Source: a virus
Taxonomy: Duplodnaviria > Caudoviricetes
Reading direction: 5' to 3' (one strand)
DNA length: 44,165 bases
IMG/VR virus record: IMGVR_UViG_3300033513_000017
Location: 1 to 44,165 of that record
Shown here one piece after another: positions 28,509 to 37,927 of this stretch. Both the position numbers and the translations under genes were made by a program. How positions within the stretch are numbered: position 1 is the stretch's first letter; every line of letters begins with the position of its first letter. Below the pieces are notes generated by a model. That model had not been told where the DNA came from, searched no databases, and saw only the letters and a program-made list of their open reading frames with translations.

Positions 28509-30878
28509 TTAAGCCCCCGGTCCGTTCTGCCCAACATCAGGCAACCAATACATCTTTGCAAAACACCCTAAATCATCACCATATCTACCTGCATTTTTAG
28601 CAGGAGAGCCGGTTTGTAGTTGATAGTCCTTACCGGCATAATTAACAAACAGAGGGGCAGTAGCTTGTGCAGAGTGAACATCCCACACTTGACCAGCATA
28701 ACCTTTCCACTGAGTCCAATTATAATCAGTAGATGCAAACCTTACAGTAAATGCACCAGAACTACGATAATATAAATTATAATCCCAAGTAGTAATAATC
28801 TCAGGAGGGAATGGATTTACAAAGGTAAGCATTTCATATCCGGTGTTATATGCACAAATGTTGTCATAGAACTTAATACCATAAGCACCATTATATGCAT
28901 CACCAGATTGACCATACTTCATTAAGTTGGTAGTATTAACAAAGGTATTATTGTATACGGGGAAGTTATTCAGAGGACTATTTACGTCATAAACAAACAT
29001 CCACATACCTTGTGTAACACCATCAACTAAGTTCTCGTACCATTCATTATCATGTGAAGTAGTGGTAGAAACAAACGCAACAGCATCACCGATTAAATCG
29101 TGGATATGGTTACGCCATACTTTGCAACCAGTTACGGGCTGACCAGTGCCTTGAGCCTTAAGGTCAATACCAGAACCATTATTGTAAATATCATTGTACT
29201 TGATAATACAATCTTGTGAACCATATACCTTAATACCACAGGCATTATGATTATTCACACTATTACTAGAACCATGAACCTTATTGTACTCGACAATAGC
29301 ATGTTTAGTATTCTCTAGACGAATACCATCAGCATTATCAGTAGTAGCTACAGTAGCACCACCAACATCACAATTGCGAATACGATTGTATTGTCCACCA
29401 TAAATGATTGCATTCTTTTCTTGTGCTTGAGTAGTAGTAATACCTTCCCACCACACATAATCATTATTGTAAGTGCCAAATACAGGACCATTACCACTAG
29501 CAGCTAGTGTAACAGTTTCACCATTATAATTCTGAATGTGAATGCGCTTATCACGAGAAATACCAGTACCAGACGCACCCGGACAAAAGGCCGGATAGTA
29601 GCCATCACCAGTATTAGTAGTGGTATAAGTACCACCCCTTAAATTTACATGGTCACCTGGTTTCATTTGAGTACGGCCAGTTGCCCAATCCCAAGGACTA
29701 CCCACAGCACCAGTACCACTAGAGGAACCAGTAGTAGAAATAAACACTTCTCGTAAATAACTACCCTTGGAAGCTTGTGCATCAACAGCAAAACCAGATA
29801 ACAGCATCTCAGTCATAGCCACATAGAAATTAGCTTTTTGAGCATCAGTGCTATTATCGTCAATATGATAAAGTACACCATCCTTTCCATATACATCCAA
29901 AGTACCAACATACTTGGGTTGTACATAATCTACAATATCTTTAATACCATAGATAATAGGAATCAAACTACCTTGTCTACGGTCAGTTGCCGTAGAGTAT
30001 TCATCATAACCAGCCTGTAAGAACAAGGTATCAGGGGATACAGAAATAATGAAACTAGGTTTGGATGCTTGCATATTACTATGAATAGTGGTAATTGCAT
30101 TAATAGCATTCAAAATAGCAGTAGTAGTCGGATTGATGTAATCATTGTCCCCAACATCACGTTCAAGTACATCCCCATACATGAAATCAAAATTAATACC
30201 GTCAAACCCAAAGGTTTGTGCCAAAGTAGTTAAAGAACTAACAAAGGCATTCTTCTGAGTAGTAGTACCTAAATTAACTGCATAGTTAGTGCCAACATTC
30301 AGAATAACCTTCTGACCCTTGGCTTGTAGTGCTTGAATTTCAGAAATGAAAACGGCGTTACTCGGATACATAAGAACATTTGGAGTAAACGTCATAGTCA
30401 TATTAGTAGGTGAGGTCGGGATTGCCTCAGTAACAGCTACAACATCATACTGAGTCGGAACTACATTTAAACGAATTTGCTGAGTAGAAACAGTTGGGTT
30501 ATTTATCCAATAACCAAACACAATAGAACTACCACCAACAGAACCTACGGAATAAGTGTTATTATCAACAGTAACAGACAAACCTTTTTGCGAATACTGA
30601 GTATCATAAGTACCAGTAATCAATGGGGTAGTGTCAGTAGTTGTTAATCCAATAACTGTGGGAACATTGGGTGTAGCATACTGCTTGTAAGAAATTGCTC
30701 TTGCTCTAGGAGTAATAGCAGTAACAGTACGGCCAGCAAATGCGCCCTTAGTGCGTCCATACTTTAGGACACTTGCTTGTACACCAAAACCAATACTTAC
30801 TATACCGTTAAATAAATACTCAGCATATGAAGGAGGGGTTACGTCCGGTGTATACCCCCCATCAATGATAAACGGCAT
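28509..30878 (-). CDS. Virion appendage A: half Ig, GH18 N-terminal part (inactive), right-handed beta-helix
   Basis: PTVIGLTTTDTTPLITGT; VFGYW; LQAKGQKVILNVG; GFDGINFDFM; GSPW...PGDHVNLRGGTY. Confidence 0.78.
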   Translation of the reverse strand: MPFIIDGGYTPDVTPPSYAEYLFNGIVSIGFGVQASVLKYGRTKGAFAGRTVTAITPRARAISYKQYATPNVPTVIGLTTTDTTPLITGTYDTQYSQKGLSVTVDNNTYSVGSVGGSSIVFGYWINNPTVSTQQIRLNVVPTQYDVVAVTEAIPTSPTNMTMTFTPNVLMYPSNAVFISEIQALQAKGQKVILNVGTNYAVNLGTTTQKNAFVSSLTTLAQTFGFDGINFDFMYGDVLERDVGDNDYINPTTTAILNAINAITTIHSNMQASKPSFIISVSPDTLFLQAGYDEYSTATDRRQGSLIPIIYGIKDIVDYVQPKYVGTLDVYGKDGVLYHIDDNSTDAQKANFYVAMTEMLLSGFAVDAQASKGSYLREVFISTTGSSSGTGAVGSPWDWATGRTQMKPGDHVNLRGGTYTTTNTGDGYYPAFCPGASGTGISRDKRIHIQNYNGETVTLAASGNGPVFGTYNNDYVWWEGITTTQAQEKNAIIYGGQYNRIRNCDVGGATVATTDNADGIRLENTKHAIVEYNKVHGSSNSVNNHNACGIKVYGSQDCIIKYNDIYNNGSGIDLKAQGTGQPVTGCKVWRNHIHDLIGDAVAFVSTTTSHDNEWYENLVDGVTQGMWMFVYDVNSPLNNFPVYNNTFVNTTNLMKYGQSGDAYNGAYGIKFYDNICAYNTGYEMLTFVNPFPPEIITTWDYNLYYRSSGAFTVRFASTDYNWTQWKGYAGQVWDVHSAQATAPLFVNYAGKDYQLQTGSPAKNAGRYGDDLGCFAKMYWLPDVGQNGPGA

Positions 30879-30883
30879 GGGGC

Positions 30884-31285
30884 TTACGCCACCACGTTAG
30901 ATAGATTAATAGTGTAAGTGTCGTTTTCTGCTAATGTATAGGGACCAGCAGCATCAACCTCAATATGCAGCAACTTCGGGGTAGTACCAGTAGTTGCAGT
31001 AAAATAACCACGGACAGAACCAGTATAACCACCACTACCAGCAGTAAAAGTCTGCGCGGCATAAGTAGAAGTATCGTTAGTCACAGTCCAAGAGGCATCA
31101 GTCAAAGTCTTGCGCGCATATGAACCACCAGTCGGTTCAGTAATTGCAGAAAGAGTAGTAGTCTCATTTACGCTTGAATTAGTAAACAAACCTAGCTGTA
31201 AATTCGTACCACGGTCAGTTGATACATTCTTATAAATAAAATTACCAAGGAAATTCTCGCCCTCATCGGGAGTAAAACCAGCCAT
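30884..31285 (-). CDS. Fibre/appendage base protein
   Basis: LGLFTN...ITEPTGGSYARKTL motif typical of small structural proteins that precede long fibres. Confidence 0.55.
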   Translation of the reverse strand: MAGFTPDEGENFLGNFIYKNVSTDRGTNLQLGLFTNSSVNETTTLSAITEPTGGSYARKTLTDASWTVTNDTSTYAAQTFTAGSGGYTGSVRGYFTATTGTTPKLLHIEVDAAGPYTLAENDTYTINLSNVVA

Positions 31286-31306
31286 ATTCTATTGTCTCCA
31301 ATCTCT

Positions 31307-31690
31307 TTAAGCTACGTTCTTTTTCTTGAGATAGAGCATAATCACACCAGCATCACCAGTAGCAATACCAGAAGTAGTAATCAGAATATCACCTGTTTTA
31401 CCCGTTCCAGCATTATTGATTAGTCCACCCATTGCCGTAAAATCTAAGTGGTCGTCATGGTCAGCTGAAAGAGAAATGATATCTACATCAGTAGAAGCAT
31501 CCCATAAAAGCTTCGCACTAAAACCGTTTAATACAGAATCGACACGCATAATCTTGATATCGGAAGTAGCAAAAGCAGATGCATCTACTGCAATAGAAGC
31601 AGATAAATCAGCATCACCAGCGATATTTAATTTAACAACAAGATTGCGGTCACCATTTACCAAAGTTTGAGAAGTAAGTGTACCCGCCAT
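31307..31690 (-). CDS. Conserved virion structural protein
   Basis: TSQTLVNGDRN...GLINNAGTGKTGDILITT; lies in the head module. Confidence 0.6.
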   Translation of the reverse strand: MAGTLTSQTLVNGDRNLVVKLNIAGDADLSASIAVDASAFATSDIKIMRVDSVLNGFSAKLLWDASTDVDIISLSADHDDHLDFTAMGGLINNAGTGKTGDILITTSGIATGDAGVIMLYLKKKNVA

Positions 31691-31731
31691 TTTTAATTAA
31701 TCCCCAAAGGGGAGGGCAAAAGCCCCCACCC

Positions 31732-32127
31732 TTAAGAAGTAGCCACAAGACCAGCAGTTTCAAGTAAGGCCAAAATAGCGTTTACTTTAGTACGAACAGC
31801 AGTTACATCAGCAATAATTGCAGTAGTCTGCGTTTGGAACTCTTTAAAATTAGCATTAATCTCATTCGCTTGAGCAGAACTCCAAGTCGAATTATAAGTA
31901 ATATCATTAATAGCACCATCATTGGTGCCAGTCATAGTCCCAGTTAAAGCGGCAGCAGTAATTGCAGCAACATCAGCAGCATGTGCTTGCTGTGCAAGTT
32001 TTAAGATAGTCTTTACTACACCAGCCGATGAAGTAATACGAAATTCAGGAACACCCGCATTATCGTAAAGTTGAATCAAATCCCCATCAAGAGTTTTCCA
32101 ACCCTCAATAACATAAGTAGCAGCCAT
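31732..32127 (-). CDS. Head fibre/decoration protein
   Basis: C-terminal KVNAILALLETAGLVA motif; directly after the major capsid gene; AGGAG RBS. Confidence 0.65.
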   Translation of the reverse strand: MAATYVIEGWKTLDGDLIQLYDNAGVPEFRITSSAGVVKTILKLAQQAHAADVAAITAAALTGTMTGTNDGAINDITYNSTWSSAQANEINANFKEFQTQTTAIIADVTAVRTKVNAILALLETAGLVATS

Positions 32128-32152
32128 CTATAATTCTCCTTTCTTAGTTATA

Positions 32153-32187
32153 TAGAAAGAGGGGCAGCGAACCACCCCTCATTTCTA
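32153..32187 (-). terminator. Terminator hairpin after the major capsid gene
   Basis: Minus strand GAGGGGTGG-TTCG-CTGCCCCTC followed by TTTCTATAT. Confidence 0.7.
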
Positions 32188-32190
32188 AAA

Positions 32191-33093
32191 TTATGCACCC
32201 GGAGAACCATAAAGAACACGAGGGTCAGTCCAACCAGCAGAATAACGCTCAGTAGCCTTAAACTTAGCTGCTTCGGTTTCAAACTCATTATCAATACCAA
32301 ATTCAAGAGCACGACGCTGATAGAACTTCAAACCATCCTTAACGTCGGTCTTAATGAACCAAGCATCAGCATCAGTGAAGAATTGATGTACATAAACCTG
32401 CTTGAAATAACCCATGCGGTCAAGAGCATTGATATCTACGTTAGCAGTACCAACACGCCCCGGAGTACGCAGAAGTCGTTCCACATCAAACATAATGTCA
32501 ACAGGAATATGCAGAGTAACGGGCTTAACACGAATCTTAAGACCACGTTCATCAACCCACTTGGCAATATCAATAACTGCTTGCTCAAGAGAAGCTTCGG
32601 AAATATCAGCAGCAACAGTTAATTCATTCTGCCAAGTACCACCAGTGAAATATGGATGGTCAGTTGCACACAGTTCCTTACCGTCACCACCAACATAATT
32701 GGAATCGAAAGCACGATTAAGAATATTCGCGGCAATCAGTTCCTTGGTGTAACGCATAGAACGGGCAAGAGCATCAGCCTTCTTGGGACCGATAATACCG
32801 TACTGGTCGTCCTCAACCATTTCACGGGTAATAGTGAAACCAAGAGCAAATACAGCATGGCTGTAACGAGTAATGAAACCCTGACGCATATCATCAAATT
32901 CGATGGATTCGCCTTCGGGCTTCTTACGGGCAAGACCTAAACCAATAGCCTGTACATCTTCCTCATATGCGCGCTTAGAAGTAAGCGTTTCAAAGAGACG
33001 GGTGTACTCCGATTCATAGTCATTGTAAGACATACCAAACCACGAACTGACGCCGGGGTAAAGTGCCTTAGCAAAACTGGAAGAAGTAATCAT
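32191..33093 (-). CDS. Major capsid protein (HK97 fold, Mu gpT-like family)
   Basis: FAKALYPGV, KPEGESIEFD, LGFTITREMVEDD, GGDGKELCATDHP, DAWFIKTD, ERYSAGWTDPR. Confidence 0.92.
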   Translation of the reverse strand: MITSSSFAKALYPGVSSWFGMSYNDYESEYTRLFETLTSKRAYEEDVQAIGLGLARKKPEGESIEFDDMRQGFITRYSHAVFALGFTITREMVEDDQYGIIGPKKADALARSMRYTKELIAANILNRAFDSNYVGGDGKELCATDHPYFTGGTWQNELTVAADISEASLEQAVIDIAKWVDERGLKIRVKPVTLHIPVDIMFDVERLLRTPGRVGTANVDINALDRMGYFKQVYVHQFFTDADAWFIKTDVKDGLKFYQRRALEFGIDNEFETEAAKFKATERYSAGWTDPRVLYGSPGA

Positions 33094-33108
33094 TTATCTT
33101 AGCTCCTA

Positions 33109-33684
33109 TTAAGTAGAACTTACGGCTTTCTTGAAGAGCACAAGATAACGAGCGTAAGCTAAGGTCTTATCATTGTCCTCAGCGGTAACATGTTCAACCA
33201 CAGTTACATCGTGATTGGCGTCTGCAACCAATTGAGTTGACGAAAGACCAGTAGTACGAGAACCATGTGCCTCACCAGAGTCCACCGACATATCTGCAAC
33301 AGCACCAAGAGCAAGGTCAAGGTCAGAAGCAGACTGAATTTCAAAAAGGACACCATCAGTAGGCACGTACCACACATCACCAGTATCGCCATAAGCAAGA
33401 TAAGTTTGTTCAAGCTTGGCGGGATTAAAGGGACCAGTCTCACCCATAGAACCAGTCGGGAGAGTACCAACACCAACTACAACACCTGCGACGGTATCGC
33501 CAGAATTGGCGGGAAGTAAAGTACCACTAGACCACTTAACGGGATCACCAATATATAAATCACCGTGGTTATTAGTAGTATCAGAACTACGAGTACCAGC
33601 AGGAGCCTTACGAATTAAACCCTTAAAGTCGCCATAAAGAGACTTCACCGGCTTAAAGCCGAAGGGCTTGTTTAAATTCGCCAT
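33109..33684 (-). CDS. Minor capsid/cement-like protein
   Basis: MANLNKPFGFKPV...IGDPV; directly upstream of the major capsid gene; AGGAG RBS. Confidence 0.65.
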   Translation of the reverse strand: MANLNKPFGFKPVKSLYGDFKGLIRKAPAGTRSSDTTNNHGDLYIGDPVKWSSGTLLPANSGDTVAGVVVGVGTLPTGSMGETGPFNPAKLEQTYLAYGDTGDVWYVPTDGVLFEIQSASDLDLALGAVADMSVDSGEAHGSRTTGLSSTQLVADANHDVTVVEHVTAEDNDKTLAYARYLVLFKKAVSST

Positions 33685-33703
33685 TTAAAACACTCCTTAA
33701 AAA

Positions 33704-34252
33704 TTAACGCGGAGGGCGGTAAGTTTTACTTACAGCACCCGAACCATATAAACTGTTTGGGTCATTCGGGTTTTCATCCCTTTGGCGAGTTACTTCCCTT
33801 TCTTGGTCCAAGATTGACTTGCTCTTTTGAGCTTGGTCTTGCTTATACAAATCTTTGGAAATAAACATTAGGTAAAGATACTCACCAGTGTGATTAGCAG
33901 GAACACGAACAATAGACCCTACTTGTTGTGAACGATAAACAAGTTCTTGACCAATTTCCACATCAACAGCCGGAACAAATTCATAACCAGCACGACGATA
34001 CTTGAAAATACGAGAACCAGTTTCACCCACATCTTTAACCCATCGCATATGATACTTATTGGTATCAAAACCAGTGACAGTTAAAATATCTCTATCACCA
34101 GATACAGGAACTCGATGGGGAACATTAAGCATTTTCTTTTCAAGATTAGACTTCCGGCCCACTTTCTTGCGAGGCATCATCTTCCGCTTTTCGGGGTCCA
34201 ACTTGTTTGCCTTCACTTCACTCTCAGGACTATTATTTTTATCATCTACCAT
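33704..34252 (-). CDS. Conserved head-module protein
   Basis: YHMRWV...GYEFV...YLM pattern; syntenic position. Confidence 0.6.
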   Translation of the reverse strand: MVDDKNNSPESEVKANKLDPEKRKMMPRKKVGRKSNLEKKMLNVPHRVPVSGDRDILTVTGFDTNKYHMRWVKDVGETGSRIFKYRRAGYEFVPAVDVEIGQELVYRSQQVGSIVRVPANHTGEYLYLMFISKDLYKQDQAQKSKSILDQEREVTRQRDENPNDPNSLYGSGAVSKTYRPPR

Positions 34253-34258
34253 TGTTTA

Positions 34259-35257
34259 TTACCTATTCTTACGTTGAGCCGGTAAATCACCGGCCTCAGC
34301 TAATTGGTCAACCCACTGTTGTATGGCAGCGTTATATGCTTTTGTTCCCTTCTTAGGAATAGGGTCAGTACGAGAAGTACGTAATGCGCCAGCTTCAATG
34401 CAGGTTTCAGCAATTTCTACTTGGTCAGGAGACATATCCTTAACCGTAAATCCACTCTTACTACGTGCGCCACTATTGCGCGGAGTCGGAGACTCATCAT
34501 CAGGTTCTACAGAAGGAGTACGGGGAGAAGCTTTCTTGAACTTATGCGGGAACTCTTCTTTGATTTGTTCCTCAACATAATTTAAAACTTCACTTAAAGG
34601 TGCATCAGGATTGTTATTTGAATACAAAACACCAAGAGCATTGGCAGAGCCATTCATCGCAGGATTAGTCTGGTACCACTTATTGCGGTCAACCCAAGCT
34701 GCAAAAATCTTCTGTTGTTCCGGGTCAGCTTGCGGCTGAGTAGGAGTATCATTATCCTGCTTTTTCTTAGCAGGGTTAGCTTCTTTTAATTCATCAATGG
34801 ACTCTTCCAATTCTGCAACCCTAGCCGAATCCCCGACTGTAATTGCTTCCGCCTTTTGGCCCTGTAAATCACGTAGAGCCTTTTTATACTGAACCTCAGC
34901 AATCTTACCGTTAATCTCGCCAAGTTCCTGTAAGGCTCTCTTTAAATTATCAATCTCTTTGGAAGAACTCCGTAAGGCACGACCTTGTTCCTTAATGCGG
35001 TCCATTAATTCACCGCGAACATTAAACTGTTTTGCATCTACCCAATCGTCAGGGTCACCCTTCCACTCATTAAGAGGAACCCAACCACCAACCCTAGCTC
35101 GCTTCTCAGAAGGACTTTCTACCTTTTCCTCAGTAGAACTAGTTTCATCACGTACTACAGGCTTATCAGCATCTTCCTTAACATGTTTATTACCATCTTC
35201 TTTGTCAACCTTCGGAAGCTTTGCCACAATTTCATCAATAGTTTGCTCAAATGCCAT
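34259..35257 (-). CDS. Scaffolding protein
   Basis: ARVGGWVPLNEWKGDPDDWVDA, coiled coil, W-RNKWY, EFPHKF. Confidence 0.75.
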   Translation of the reverse strand: MAFEQTIDEIVAKLPKVDKEDGNKHVKEDADKPVVRDETSSTEEKVESPSEKRARVGGWVPLNEWKGDPDDWVDAKQFNVRGELMDRIKEQGRALRSSSKEIDNLKRALQELGEINGKIAEVQYKKALRDLQGQKAEAITVGDSARVAELEESIDELKEANPAKKKQDNDTPTQPQADPEQQKIFAAWVDRNKWYQTNPAMNGSANALGVLYSNNNPDAPLSEVLNYVEEQIKEEFPHKFKKASPRTPSVEPDDESPTPRNSGARSKSGFTVKDMSPDQVEIAETCIEAGALRTSRTDPIPKKGTKAYNAAIQQWVDQLAEAGDLPAQRKNR

Positions 35258-35272
35258 AATCTATTTTTACCT

Positions 35273-35599
35273 TTACTTAGGATTCTCACCGGAACTCATT
35301 ACAGCAATGATATCATCATCATTTAATATATAGAGGTCTTTATCATTTGTGTATGGGTCAACCATTCTACGCTCTGCGTGTTTGGACCAAGTTACATGGT
35401 CCCCAACTTCAACCCACCGCTTACCTGTATAATCAGGCGAATATGCCTTATATGCGATATCACCAATTGCAACTACTCTACCAATATTCATATTGGCTTC
35501 TTGTAGTTCATCATCTGAAACAATAACAATGCCACCAGAAGAAACCTTTTCAACGGGGTCTTTACGTACTAAAATTCTAAAACCTTTGGGAGTAATCAT
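35273..35599 (-). CDS. groES: GroES-like co-chaperonin
   Basis: PKGFRILV...SSGGIVI...GRVVAIG...VEVGDHV...ILNDDDIIAV. Confidence 0.9.
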   Translation of the reverse strand: MITPKGFRILVRKDPVEKVSSGGIVIVSDDELQEANMNIGRVVAIGDIAYKAYSPDYTGKRWVEVGDHVTWSKHAERRMVDPYTNDKDLYILNDDDIIAVMSSGENPK

Positions 35600-35919
35600 T
35601 CTTCTTCTTTATCTCTCTCTTTTAGTCCAGCTATTACTTGTAACACACTGTTATAAGCGTCGAGCTTGCCGATATACTCAGCATTCTTTTGTGCTGTGCC
35701 TCCAACAGATTCTAGTGTATCTACACCAGCGAGATGTGATGCAAGTTCCGTATATACCTGTGAATCAATAAAATAAATTAAGGCTTGTGAAATTCTATCA
35801 TTTAACCAAGACTTAATATCATGTGCAGAAATATCATTCAGTAATCCATGAAAAGCATCAGTATAATTATTTGCTTCCGCTAGAATTGGGTTTAGAATTT
35901 GATTTAGATTGCGCTCCAA
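35596..35919 (-). CDS. Hypothetical protein between portal and GroES
   Basis: Syntenic small helical ORF; start uncertain. Confidence 0.55.
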   Translation of the reverse strand: MERNLNQILNPILAEANNYTDAFHGLLNDISAHDIKSWLNDRISQALIYFIDSQVYTELASHLAGVDTLESVGGTAQKNAEYIGKLDAYNSVLQVIAGLKERDKEEE

Positions 35920-37924
35920 TCTTTGCTACCTCTTTCTCATGTGAATGTTGCTGACCTGCTAAACTGGCCTCATGGCCCATTTCTTCACGCTTAAGTTCAT
36001 GCTCTTTATCTTGCATGTGGATATCAGCCACAGTTTTGTGTGCATCCACAGCCATCTTAAGACGGTCAGTTTTAAGCTCTTCTGGAATAGCAGCAGCCTT
36101 AGTTGTATTAAGAACAGCAGAAGCATGGTCTTTTTCAGCACCAGATTGAGTACGAACACCTTCCATCTGCATACTCGCCATATCCAATTGACGTTGATGT
36201 TCAAACTTAGCAACATCAAGTTGTAATTGTTTCTCTTCAATAGAAGGTTCAGGCGGCTTCGGAGAAGTCATTAACTTTTGAACTTCCGAATGACCTTCTG
36301 CTTCAAGTACGCGTTTCAGTGCTTCTTCTTTATTAGGAAGAATCTGCCACTTTTGAATCAATAATTGTGAACGCATCATCTTTTGCGCATCAGTAACCAC
36401 TCTTGGGTCACCAACAGGACGAATATCACAATCTTCTGGGTTAAAATCTTCTTTCAATACTTCAAGAGGAACTTGGGGTTGGTCTAAAACTACTCCATAC
36501 TCCTTAGCATCCATATATCTGTAGAATAAATTGAAGATTTTCTCGTATTCATCGCCTAAAGACTTGAAAATACGCTTGTAGATACCAACAAATACCTTCA
36601 AACCTTGCTCTAGAACGGCAGCAGTAGTTGCATACGGCTGATTTTGTCCCGGATTTTCACCCATCATGGCATCATTTATAGATGCTAGACGCTCACCAGA
36701 CTGAATTAACAGTTCAAGTAACTGAAAAAGTGTTGGAGAAGGTTGATTTGCAGGAATTGGTATAATTTCTTTACGTAAATCATCACCAAGGTTATTTACT
36801 GTCTGCCAAAGTCCGGGTTTAACCTTAATTTTACCACCACGAAGGTTCAAACCCTTACCCAAGAAGCCAGTAGACATAATTGATAATGTACCAGAATCAA
36901 TCAATTGGTTGATGTTTGTGTTAATTGCAAGATTAAGAGGACCAACCAAAGAACCCAAACCCATACCATAGAGAGGACTATTAGGGTCAGGAATAAAGAT
37001 ATACCTTGTGAATTGCTCTTCGGGTGTGATACAAACAATTTTCTTACCATTTTCTGACGTTTCAACATCTTTCCACTCAAATCGCGGAACAATCCGTAAA
37101 ACAGTATTAGTATCACGGTCAACAGTGAATATCCAAGGTTCCCTGTAACCATCCTTATCTAAATCCCAAGACCAATGTATTTCATAAATCTCTCGTAAAG
37201 CATCTTCCTCTTGGTTTAATCCACCAGTAGGATGCATACCAAGGATTTTATCTTGTACAGGGTCTTGATGTTTTTGTGCAGCTGGGGCAAGGTCTACATC
37301 TAAGAAAACACCCTTGCGCTTATACTCTTCAATTTGATTCTCAGTAAGCCACATTCTGTGAGTCTTACGTGCAGTTTCAAAATTGCGAGCATTGTAATTA
37401 AGAATTACATCTTTTGCGGTAATAAGGTCGGAAGCAACCCTATTGCGTACTGTTGAATAGTACGTCTTTTTGTACATCATACCAGAGATAGCTAGGATGA
37501 ATAGACCTCTATCCATACCATCTAGCCAATCAGGCATTTTTTCAATTAAGTAGAAGTTTGCGTAAGCAGCAGTACGATAAGCCCGGAATTGTTTAATACC
37601 TTCGGGGTCCTCACCATACACTCTTACATTTACAAGATTAGGTTCATTAAATAATGCACCATATGCTCTTGCATGGAAATTCAAACAAGCAGTTGTTAGA
37701 AGAGGATACTTTACGTTGGCAGCATGATCCCACGGAGTATTTTTTTGTTCAATTACTTGAGAAGTAAGTTTAATCCAAGTTGCTTGGTTCTTTAACCACT
37801 CCTCCCGACTTTGGTCATCCTCTTTAACAAGAGTAACCAACTTTTCCCCAAGATCCGTTAAAGTCTCTTCATCTAAGTTTTCTGCAATGTTTATACTTTG
37901 GATTGTATCTTCATCAATTTTCAC
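35867..37924 (-). CDS. Portal protein (P22-like, extended C-terminal barrel)
   Basis: NIAENLDEE-L, PWDHAANVKYPLL, YGMGLG, NQLIDSGTL, EQGLKVF-IYKR. Confidence 0.92.
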   Translation of the reverse strand: MKIDEDTIQSINIAENLDEETLTDLGEKLVTLVKEDDQSREEWLKNQATWIKLTSQVIEQKNTPWDHAANVKYPLLTTACLNFHARAYGALFNEPNLVNVRVYGEDPEGIKQFRAYRTAAYANFYLIEKMPDWLDGMDRGLFILAISGMMYKKTYYSTVRNRVASDLITAKDVILNYNARNFETARKTHRMWLTENQIEEYKRKGVFLDVDLAPAAQKHQDPVQDKILGMHPTGGLNQEEDALREIYEIHWSWDLDKDGYREPWIFTVDRDTNTVLRIVPRFEWKDVETSENGKKIVCITPEEQFTRYIFIPDPNSPLYGMGLGSLVGPLNLAINTNINQLIDSGTLSIMSTGFLGKGLNLRGGKIKVKPGLWQTVNNLGDDLRKEIIPIPANQPSPTLFQLLELLIQSGERLASINDAMMGENPGQNQPYATTAAVLEQGLKVFVGIYKRIFKSLGDEYEKIFNLFYRYMDAKEYGVVLDQPQVPLEVLKEDFNPEDCDIRPVGDPRVVTDAQKMMRSQLLIQKWQILPNKEEALKRVLEAEGHSEVQKLMTSPKPPEPSIEEKQLQLDVAKFEHQRQLDMASMQMEGVRTQSGAEKDHASAVLNTTKAAAIPEELKTDRLKMAVDAHKTVADIHMQDKEHELKREEMGHEASLAGQQHSHEKEVAKIGAQSKSNSKPNSSGSK

Positions 37925-37927
37925 AGT

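Noticed and set aside
28505-28561. Longer ORF-track start for gene B (28561), overlapping gene A, as a hint of an A-B frameshift fusion
   Set aside because: No slippery heptamer recognised, and ATG 28504 just after A's stop fits translational coupling. A fusion is not fully excluded.
31706-31733. GC hairpin after the head-fibre gene
   Set aside because: No convincing U tract and it adjoins the next RBS; possibly an attenuator or stabiliser, but unsupported.
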